Assembly (NCBI GenBank): GCA_028709615.1
Contig: JAQVWQ010000001.1
Location: forward strand, 1-50,563
Direction of reading: 5' to 3'
DNA: 50,563 nucleotides
Source: Clostridia bacterium
Lineage (GTDB): Bacteria; Bacillota; Dehalobacteriia; UBA4068
Part shown: positions 43,996-50,563 of the stretch, piece by piece
Numbering within the stretch: position 1 is the stretch's first letter
Layout of the letters: each line of letters starts with the position of its first letter
Notes under the pieces: model-generated
What the model was told of the DNA's origin: nothing
What the model saw: only the letters and a program-made list of their open reading frames with translations
Databases searched by the model: none
Position numbers and translations under genes: made by a program

Positions 43996-44430
43996 ATGAT
44001 GAAAAAAGTATTATTAATTACAGTATTGGCTTTGGCTGTTTTATGTGCGGCTTGTGCTGCGGATCAGGGCGAAGGCCCCATTTTAACCGGAGATGCCACA
44101 ACCGTAACGCAGGTCAAGGTCTTTTATCTCGGCGAAGGCAAATTGGCATTTGACGCCGAAAAAGATTCCGAACAGATCAACAAGCTTGTCGAACAGCTTA
44201 ATAAAATCTCTACGGCCGCCTCAACCGAGCCGATGGATGGCGAGGCTTTCACACAGCCTAAATATATTATTGATGTAGTCTATGCCGACGGCAGCATCGA
44301 TGAAATTTACAGCAATGAAAACGGCGATTTCTTTTTTAGAATTATTGATGCTGACGATAATTATTTCGGCGGTGAAAACTCCAAAATCAATAATATTTTA
44401 GAGGATTATAAACAGTATATCGAAAAATAA
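43996..44430 (+). CDS. Putative secreted protein or lipoprotein (hypothetical)
   Basis: Signal peptide MMKKVLLITVLALAVLCAACA with Cys near the cleavage region. It has an AAGGAG RBS and no recognisable domain. Confidence 0.55.
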   Translation: MMKKVLLITVLALAVLCAACAADQGEGPILTGDATTVTQVKVFYLGEGKLAFDAEKDSEQINKLVEQLNKISTAASTEPMDGEAFTQPKYIIDVVYADGSIDEIYSNENGDFFFRIIDADDNYFGGENSKINNILEDYKQYIEK

Positions 44431-44455
44431 ATTTTAAAAAGATATAAAAAAATCC

Positions 44456-44484
44456 TTTACAAGACTAATTTGCTGTGATATAAT
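44456..44484 (+). promoter_or_regulatory. Sigma-A promoter for rpmE with an extended -10 (TTTACA-17-TGaTATAAT)
   Basis: -35 at 44456-44461 and -10 TATAAT at 44479-44484, preceded by TG. Confidence 0.6.
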
Positions 44485-44552
44485 TTTTTATGCTGTCGCA
44501 AACTGCGACAAAATTTTTCATTAGTTTGTTTTTAGAAAGAGGTGACCCCCCC

Positions 44553-44756
44553 GTGAAAGAAGCTATTCATCCTAAATATTATCAAGCTACCGTTACTTGC
44601 GCTTGCGGTAACACCTTTACAACCGGTTCCACCAAACCCGAAATTAAAGTAGAGGTTTGCTCCAAATGCCATCCTTTTTATACCGGTTCCAAACGCCTCT
44701 TTATGGAACAGGGCGGCAGAGTGGATAAGTTCAAGAAAAAATACGGCTTGGAATAA
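44553..44756 (+). CDS. rpmE: 50S ribosomal protein L31 (Zn-ribbon, C+ type)
   Basis: A GTG start at 44553 after AGAGGTGA gives [22 protein letters not shown]...[10 protein letters not shown]. The ORF-track N-terminal extension is rejected. Confidence 0.9.
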   Translation: MKEAIHPKYYQATVTCACGNTFTTGSTKPEIKVEVCSKCHPFYTGSKRLFMEQGGRVDKFKKKYGLE

Positions 44757-44770
44757 TCTCAAACAAGAAA

Positions 44771-44803
44771 ACGGCACAACCGCACTGGTTGTGTCGTTTT
44801 TTC
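44771..44803 (+). terminator. Rho-independent terminator after rpmE
   Basis: acggcacaacc-gcact-ggttgtgtcgt followed by TTTTTT. Confidence 0.75.
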
Positions 44804-44898
44804 TTCATTAAAACACAAATTAGCCCTTGCCTATCCCCATGGTTTTGATATATAATAATAAGATATAAAAGTATAATCTAAGGAAGTGCAAAGCATAA

Positions 44899-45858
44899 AT
44901 GACAAAACCCTATTATGGAGGTCAAGCCGTCTTGGAGGGCGTTATGATGCAAGGGCCTAAAGGCAAGGCTATTGTTTGCCGGGATGCTCAAGGCCGTTTA
45001 GTCCGTAAAATATCTTCTTCTGCATCCATCCGGGAAAAATACCCCATTTTAAAATGTCCGATTATTCGCGGCTGTATTGCTTTCGGCGAATCTTTGATTA
45101 AAGGTATGCAGGATATTACTTGGTCGGCAGCCCAAGCCGGCGAAAGCGAAGAGGATCAGTTAAGTAAAAAGGATATGGCAATAGCCATAATATTGGCAGT
45201 GGTTTTAACGGTTGTGCTTTTTATTGCTATTCCTGTCTTTGCCGCCAACTATATTCGCCCCTATGTCGGCGATTTCGGCCGCTCTTTGGCCGAGGGCTTA
45301 TTGCGTCTGGCAATTTTTATCGGCTATGTAGTTGCAATTTCTCGTATGAGCGATATTAAGCGGCTTTTTCAATATCACGGTGCCGAGCATAAAACCATTT
45401 TTGCCTATGAGGCCGGTAAAGTTTTAACTGTGGAAAATGTCCGCCCTTACACTACAATACACCCGCGCTGCGGAACCAGCTTTTTGTTGATGGCGATGAT
45501 TATTATGATCATTGTTTTCACCTTTGTCGGCCGCACCGACCCTTTGGAGCGTATTTTAATAAAAATACTCTGTATGCCGATTGTGGCGGGAGTTTCTTTT
45601 GAGATATACCGCTTGCCTCTTAAATTTCCCAACAGTATCGTTGTCCGGGCTTTAACCGCTCCGGGTATGTGGATGCAGCGCCTGACCACCTCCGAGCCGG
45701 ATGACGGGCAGCTGGCCGTAGCTATTGCCTCTATCACCTCGGTTCCGGGTTTCCCGCAGGAGCAAATAGCTTCCATGCCCGAGTTTTACGACCCGACAAA
45801 AGATATGCAAGCTGCACAAACAAGCCAATTTTCGCAAAAAGGAGCAACTCAATGTTAG
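44899..45858 (+). CDS. DUF1385 family membrane-associated protein (YqhQ-like)
   Basis: 319 aa. The N-terminus [12 protein letters not shown] and the HGAEHK motif are typical of DUF1385. It overlaps the prfA start by 7 nt. Confidence 0.75.
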   Translation: MTKPYYGGQAVLEGVMMQGPKGKAIVCRDAQGRLVRKISSSASIREKYPILKCPIIRGCIAFGESLIKGMQDITWSAAQAGESEEDQLSKKDMAIAIILAVVLTVVLFIAIPVFAANYIRPYVGDFGRSLAEGLLRLAIFIGYVVAISRMSDIKRLFQYHGAEHKTIFAYEAGKVLTVENVRPYTTIHPRCGTSFLLMAMIIMIIVFTFVGRTDPLERILIKILCMPIVAGVSFEIYRLPLKFPNSIVVRALTAPGMWMQRLTTSEPDDGQLAVAIASITSVPGFPQEQIASMPEFYDPTKDMQAAQTSQFSQKGATQC

Positions 45859-46925
45859 AAAAACTCAAATCCTTAGAAACACGCTTTAACGAGCTGACGG
45901 AATTGGTGGCCGATTCTGCCGTTATTGCCGATCAGCCGACTTGGCAAAAATATGTTAAGGCCCGTTCTGATTTAGAAGATGTTGTTGCCGTTTATTTGGA
46001 GTATAAAGCCTGTTTGCAAAATATCGAAGAAGCACAGGCTATTTTGTATGATAAGGCCTCAGACACAGAGCTTTCCGAAATGGCCGAACTGGAGCTGGAT
46101 GAACAGCTTGAAAAGAAAGAAATGCTGGAACAAAAGCTGAAAATATTGCTCCTGCCTAAGGATCCCAACGATCAAAAGAATGTTATTTTAGAAATCCGCG
46201 CAGGTACGGGCGGCGATGAAGCCGGTTTGTTTGCCGCAGATTTATATAAAATGTATATGCGTTACGCCGAACGCTATAATTGGCGTACCGAGATAATGGA
46301 TGCCAGCTACGGCGATGTCGGCGGCATTAAAGAAATTACCGTGCTGATCGAAGGCCGCGGAGCCTACAGCCGCCTCAAATACGAAGGCGGGGTTCACCGT
46401 GTGCAAAGAGTACCCGAGACAGAGTCCTCCGGCCGTATTCATACATCGGCGGCTACAGTGGCAGTTTTGCCCGAAGCCGAGGAAGTGGAGGTCGATATTG
46501 CTCCCAACGATATTCGTATTGATGTTTTCTGCGCCTCGGGGCCGGGAGGGCAATGCGTTAACACCACTCAATCAGCGGTGCGTATCACTCACCTGCCCAC
46601 AGGCCTGGTCGTTTCAATCCAAGATGAAAAAAGCCAGCATAAAAACAAAGATAAGGCCATGCGGGTTCTCCGCTCCCGCCTTTTAGAAAAAATGCAGGAG
46701 GAGCAAGCGGGCGATATGGCGGGTATGCGCCGTTCCATGGTCGGTTCTGGTGATCGTTCAGAACGCATCCGCACTTACAACTTTCCTCAAGGCCGCGTTA
46801 CCGATCATCGTATCGGCTTGACCCTTCATAAGCTGGAATGGGTTTTGCTGGGCGAGCTTGATGAAATAATCGATGCCCTGATTGCCGATGATCAGGCTCA
46901 GCGCCTGCGCGCAGACGGGATTTAA
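45852..46925 (+). CDS. prfA: Peptide chain release factor 1
   Basis: PET tripeptide (RVPETE) and GGQ motif (SGPGGQCVN). Length is 357 aa. Confidence 0.95.
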   Translation: MLEKLKSLETRFNELTELVADSAVIADQPTWQKYVKARSDLEDVVAVYLEYKACLQNIEEAQAILYDKASDTELSEMAELELDEQLEKKEMLEQKLKILLLPKDPNDQKNVILEIRAGTGGDEAGLFAADLYKMYMRYAERYNWRTEIMDASYGDVGGIKEITVLIEGRGAYSRLKYEGGVHRVQRVPETESSGRIHTSAATVAVLPEAEEVEVDIAPNDIRIDVFCASGPGGQCVNTTQSAVRITHLPTGLVVSIQDEKSQHKNKDKAMRVLRSRLLEKMQEEQAGDMAGMRRSMVGSGDRSERIRTYNFPQGRVTDHRIGLTLHKLEWVLLGELDEIIDALIADDQAQRLRADGI

Positions 46926-47041
46926 GCAAAGGTTAATTAAAATAACACTATTGTTTGCAGTATCGGCATAATAATATAGTTTCAAGTTTCAGCGGTCGGA
47001 GCATTGTTGTTGAGCCATTGTCATAAAAAGGAGATGTTTAT

Positions 47042-47890
47042 ATGGACACCAAGGACGCCATATCCGTTGCCGAAGACTGGCTGCAAGCCGCCGGAGTTGA
47101 AAATTGGCAGGGCGAAGCCAAGATAATTACCGCTCATGTTCTTAATTGCAGGGTTAATGAGCTGGGGTTGACGAACAGGGTTTTTAATAATAAAATGCAA
47201 TCCGAGTTATTGCAGATTTTGCGTCAGCGCTCTTATTTATATCCTTTGCAATATGTTTTGGGAGAGCAGGAGTTTATGGGGCTGGATTTTAAGGTTACGC
47301 CTGCTACCTTAATTCCCCGCGGTGATACGGAAAGAATAGTTGAAGAAGCGATCGAGCTGATGAAGGATGCCGCGCGCCCGGTTATTGTTGATGTTTGCTG
47401 TGGCAGTGGGGCAATAGCCGTATCACTGGCCCGCTTTTTGCCAAATGCCCGTTTGGTGGCCATGGATATTTCTTTTGATGCTTGTCAAATAGCCAAAGAA
47501 AACGCTGCTCGCCACAATGTGTCGCGGCAAATCCGCTTTTTAACGGGAGATCTGCTGGTTCCCTTGTTTGCGGCAGGCGTTTTAATAGATATGATTGTCT
47601 GTAATCCTCCTTATATCAAATCCTCCGAAATCCAAAATTTGCCGATCGAGGTTCAAAGTGAGCCTCGTATGGCTTTAGACGGCGGCAGTGACGGTTTGCT
47701 CTTTTATCGTCGCTTAGCAATAGATGCCCCCATGCTTTTGAAGGACGGCGGTTACCTGCTTGTGGAAACAGGCTGTGAGCAAAAAGATGCCGTTTGCCAA
47801 ATTCTTGAAAACAAAAGCTTTAAAATTGTTAAAACAATCAATGATTACGGCGGCAACCATCGAGGTATTTTGGCCCGCTGGCAGGGATAA
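47042..47890 (+). CDS. prmC: Release factor glutamine methyltransferase PrmC (HemK)
   Basis: SAM motif DVCCGSGAI and the catalytic NPPY. It lies downstream of prfA. Confidence 0.92.
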   Translation: MDTKDAISVAEDWLQAAGVENWQGEAKIITAHVLNCRVNELGLTNRVFNNKMQSELLQILRQRSYLYPLQYVLGEQEFMGLDFKVTPATLIPRGDTERIVEEAIELMKDAARPVIVDVCCGSGAIAVSLARFLPNARLVAMDISFDACQIAKENAARHNVSRQIRFLTGDLLVPLFAAGVLIDMIVCNPPYIKSSEIQNLPIEVQSEPRMALDGGSDGLLFYRRLAIDAPMLLKDGGYLLVETGCEQKDAVCQILENKSFKIVKTINDYGGNHRGILARWQG

Positions 47891-47893
47891 TTT

Positions 47894-48898
47894 ATGTTGA
47901 CAGAGCTTAAAAAGGTTGAACGGCAGGCTATCAGCCAGGCCGCGGATTTATTGGCAGCGGGAGAGGTCGTGGCCTTTCCCACCGAAACCGTTTACGGTTT
48001 GGGCGCCGACGCTCTTAATTCGGCGGCTGTGGCAAAAATATTTGCCGCTAAGGGCCGCCCTGCCGATAATCCCCTGATAGTTCATTTGTATCAGGCCGAG
48101 CAGGCCGAGGCCCTGGCTTACACCAACGAGCTTTTTTATACTTTGGCCAAAGCTTTCTGGCCGGGTCCGCTGACCTTGATAGTTCCCAAAAAAGACTGTG
48201 TGCCGGCTATTGTTACCGCAGGCTTAGACAGCGTGGCGCTGCGCGTTCCCGCGCATCCTGCTGCGCGTTGGCTGCTGCAGGCCGGCAAAATGCCGCTAGC
48301 GGCTCCTTCGGCAAATTCTTCGGGCAAGCCGTCGCCAACGCTGGCAGACCATGTTTATCAAGACCTGCAGGGTAAAATCCCTTTGATTTTAGACGGCGGC
48401 GCGGTAAATATCGGTTTGGAATCCACTGTGGTGTCGCTGGTCAGCTCGCCTCCGGCCATATTGCGTCCGGGTAAAATTTCTTATGCCGAGCTTTTGCCTT
48501 ATTTGCCAAATCTTTTGCCGCCAAAAGCTTTGGCGGCGGCTGAGGCGCCCCGCTCTCCGGGAATGAAATACACTCATTATTCTCCGCAAGGTCAAGTGCT
48601 TTTGGCGGCGGGCGGAGCCGTTTTTTTAAAGGCCTACCGCAGCTTGCCAAAAGATAAAAAGCTGTTTATAATTGCTACAAGCCAAACTGCGGCCTTATTG
48701 CCTCAAGAGGCCGCGCCCTTTGTGATAGCGCAAACGGGCGATATTCAAGCCTATGCTCACAATATATTCGCCGCTTTTCGCAGCGCCGATGCCGCGGGAG
48801 CGGAACTGATTTTAACCGAAACCGTGCCGGTACAAAACGACGATGTTTCAATGGCGATTATGAACAGACTTAACAAAGCGGCAGGTATCGGCAGTTAA
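47894..48898 (+). CDS. tsaC: L-threonylcarbamoyladenylate synthase (Sua5/YwlC/TsaC, long form)
   Basis: YrdC domain (..FPTETVYGLGADA..KGRPADNPLIVH..) plus the Sua5 C-terminal domain. Length is 334 aa. Confidence 0.9.
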   Translation: MLTELKKVERQAISQAADLLAAGEVVAFPTETVYGLGADALNSAAVAKIFAAKGRPADNPLIVHLYQAEQAEALAYTNELFYTLAKAFWPGPLTLIVPKKDCVPAIVTAGLDSVALRVPAHPAARWLLQAGKMPLAAPSANSSGKPSPTLADHVYQDLQGKIPLILDGGAVNIGLESTVVSLVSSPPAILRPGKISYAELLPYLPNLLPPKALAAAEAPRSPGMKYTHYSPQGQVLLAAGGAVFLKAYRSLPKDKKLFIIATSQTAALLPQEAAPFVIAQTGDIQAYAHNIFAAFRSADAAGAELILTETVPVQNDDVSMAIMNRLNKAAGIGS

Positions 48899-48958
48899 TA
48901 GTAATATTTGTTTTATGGTAGTTTATTTTTCTTTTATCTGCAATAAAGGAGCGTTGTT

Positions 48959-49402
48959 ATGTCCAAGCTGATTCTTTTCATCTGTACGGGCAACACCTGC
49001 CGCAGTCCGATGGCCGAGGCCATTTTTAACAAGCTGGCGCAGGATACGGATTATTACGCCGCATCCGCGGGGCTTTACTCAGCGGGCGGACAGGCCGCCT
49101 CTCAAGAGGCTATCGATGCCGTTGCACAGTTAGGCTGCGATTTATCTGAGCACCGCAGCGGCCCTTTGCGTTACGAACAGCTTTTAGAGGCAGAAAAAAT
49201 CATTTGCTTAACAGATAATCATAAAGCTTTTTTACTGTCCGCCTATCCCGAATTAAACGAAAAAACCTTGTCCTTTTCCGAGCTGACAGGTAAAAGCGTC
49301 GAAGACCCTTTCGGCGGAAACGCCGAGTTATATCAACGCAGTGCAGATGCGATTGCCGAAGGCGTTAAGCGGCTGCTGCAAGGCTTACAAGGCTTATCTT
49401 AG
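48959..49402 (+). CDS. ywlE: Low-molecular-weight protein phosphatase (YwlE-like protein arginine/tyrosine phosphatase)
   Basis: CX5R(S/T) loop CTGNTCRS and a DP motif near the C-terminus. Synteny with ywlC and rpiB matches B. subtilis. Confidence 0.8.
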   Translation: MSKLILFICTGNTCRSPMAEAIFNKLAQDTDYYAASAGLYSAGGQAASQEAIDAVAQLGCDLSEHRSGPLRYEQLLEAEKIICLTDNHKAFLLSAYPELNEKTLSFSELTGKSVEDPFGGNAELYQRSADAIAEGVKRLLQGLQGLS

Positions 49403-49431
49403 AATATAATATTACATTAAGGAGGCAAACT

Positions 49432-49869
49432 ATGAAAATTGCAATCGGCAGTGACCACGCAGGCTTTCCTCTTAAGGAAAAGATCAAAGACTTATTAACG
49501 CAAAAAGGTCTGGAGGTTATCGATAAAGGCTGCTATAATACAGATTCTGTTCATTATCCCGAATTTGGAGCCGCCGTTGCCAAAGCAGTTGCAGATTGTC
49601 AGGTCAGTCGCGGAATTTTGGTTTGCGGTACGGGTATCGGAATGAGCATTGTTGCCAATCGTTTTCACGGCGTGCGCGCCACCCTGTGTCACAATGAATT
49701 TACGGCAACGGCTGCCCGCGAGCATAACGACAGCAACCTGCTTTGTTTGGGCGCCCGCGTGCTGGACGAAGCTTTGGCTTTAAAGCTTGTCGAAATTTGG
49801 CTAGCTACCGAATATGCCGGCGGCCGTCATCAAACCCGCTTGGATTTAATCGAAGAATTATCTAAATAA
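49432..49869 (+). CDS. rpiB: Ribose-5-phosphate isomerase B
   Basis: 145 aa with the [13 protein letters not shown]-terminus and the [13 protein letters not shown] motif. Confidence 0.92.
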   Translation: MKIAIGSDHAGFPLKEKIKDLLTQKGLEVIDKGCYNTDSVHYPEFGAAVAKAVADCQVSRGILVCGTGIGMSIVANRFHGVRATLCHNEFTATAAREHNDSNLLCLGARVLDEALALKLVEIWLATEYAGGRHQTRLDLIEELSK

Positions 49870-49882
49870 GGAGAGAAAAAGT

Positions 49883-50563
49883 ATGTTCGACAGAAAATTT
49901 TTGCAAGAAGCCGACGGCGAGGTTTACCAAGCCATCTGCCAAGAAGAAGGGCGCCAACGCAATAAACTGGAAATGATTGCCTCCGAGAACTTTGCCTCTC
50001 GCGCTGTAATGGCCGCACAGGGCTCGGTATTAACCAATAAATATGCCGAAGGCTATCCGGGAAAACGCTATTACGGCGGTTGTGAATTTGTCGATATCGT
50101 CGAAGATATCGCCCGTGACCGCGCTTGCGCGCTTTTTAACAGTCCCCATGTCAATGTTCAGCCCCATTCGGGAGCGCAGGCCAATATGGCTGCTTACTAT
50201 GTTTTGCTGGAATCCGGCGATCGCGTATTGGGTATGAGCTTAGCTCACGGCGGCCACCTCACCCATGGTTCACCGGTCAATTTTTCGGGGCGCAATTACC
50301 AGTTTTATTCTTACGGTGTAGATGAAGACACCGAGGTCATTGATTATGATGAAGTGCGTATGCTGGCCAAGCAGGCTCAGCCCAAGCTGATTGTGGCGGG
50401 AGCCTCGGCCTATCCCAGGATTATCGATTTTGCCGCTTTGTCCGATATAGCAAAAGAGGTCGATGCCAAGCTGATGGTCGATATGGCGCATATTGCCGGT
50501 TTAGTGGCCGCGGGCGAGCATCCCAGCCCGATACCTTACTGCGATATTGTTACCACTACCACT
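49883..50563 (+). CDS. glyA: Serine hydroxymethyltransferase GlyA (N-terminal 227 aa; continues past the window end)
   Basis: The frame stays open to the window edge, so it is absent from the ORF track. Translation reads ...LEMIASENF...[18 protein letters not shown]...HGGHLTHGS. It has an AAGGAGAG RBS. Confidence 0.93.
   Translation, partial: MFDRKFLQEADGEVYQAICQEEGRQRNKLEMIASENFASRAVMAAQGSVLTNKYAEGYPGKRYYGGCEFVDIVEDIARDRACALFNSPHVNVQPHSGAQANMAAYYVLLESGDRVLGMSLAHGGHLTHGSPVNFSGRNYQFYSYGVDEDTEVIDYDEVRMLAKQAQPKLIVAGASAYPRIIDFAALSDIAKEVDAKLMVDMAHIAGLVAAGEHPSPIPYCDIVTTTT

Noticed and set aside
44494-44510. 7-bp hairpin (tgtcgca-aac-tgcgaca) in the rpmE leader as an attenuator or L31 autoregulatory site
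   Set aside because: The stem is short and lies only about 10 nt from the predicted transcription start. It is followed by AAATTTTT rather than a clean U-run. It is more likely a 5' stabilising hairpin, so the evidence is insufficient.
1-50563. Scan by eye for CRISPR arrays, IS elements or transposases, integrases, toxin-antitoxin pairs and restriction or other defence genes
   Set aside because: No regularly spaced direct repeats, no terminal inverted repeats flanking a transposase-like ORF, and no recognisable defence-gene motifs were seen. Apart from the 37.6-39.2 kb locus, the window reads as conserved core genome.

Overview
This window is the chromosomal replication-origin region of an endospore-forming Bacillota (Firmicutes) genome. 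Taxonomy below phylum cannot be assigned from sequence alone. The centre holds the conserved block (minus) murI-recF-dnaN-dnaA | oriC | (plus) rpmH-rnpA-yidD-yidC-jag-mnmE-mnmG-rsmG-soj-spo0J. Three perfect DnaA boxes lie upstream of dnaA. A second origin module lies between dnaA and dnaN: two tandem DnaA boxes, a DnaA-trio-like array and an AT-rich tract. Two identical parS sites flank mnmG. The left arm is mostly on the minus strand. It carries ftsH (partial), tilS, spoIIE, a DUF606 transporter, tRNA-Met and tRNA-Glu, a BmrR-like MerR/MATE efflux pair and an orphan arsC. It also carries a tightly overlapping gerM-larE-larC-HAD operon, pepV, an ECF sigma/anti-sigma pair and a degenerate stand-alone GGDEF protein. 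The right arm is mostly on the plus strand. It carries a cysteine desulfurase, a LysM/SPOCS-like sporulation protein, a PAP2 phosphatase, a DUF360 holin-fold protein, an M29 aminopeptidase and a TGS-uridine-kinase fusion. It continues with argS, a CBS protein, pepF, rpmE, DUF1385-prfA-prmC-tsaC-ywlE-rpiB-glyA (partial). I saw no CRISPR array, transposase, integrase, prophage or obvious defence island, so most of the window is ordinary core genome. The least explained locus is 37.6-39.2 kb. It holds two paralogous tiny Gly/Trp/Cys-rich single-TM peptides (one below the ORF-track cutoff), a Gly/Met/Ser low-complexity protein with a C-terminal Cys cluster, and a small helical protein. It is framed by tandem terminators and a possible small RNA. 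All calls come from reading the translations and the DNA by eye; no database searches or computations were run.
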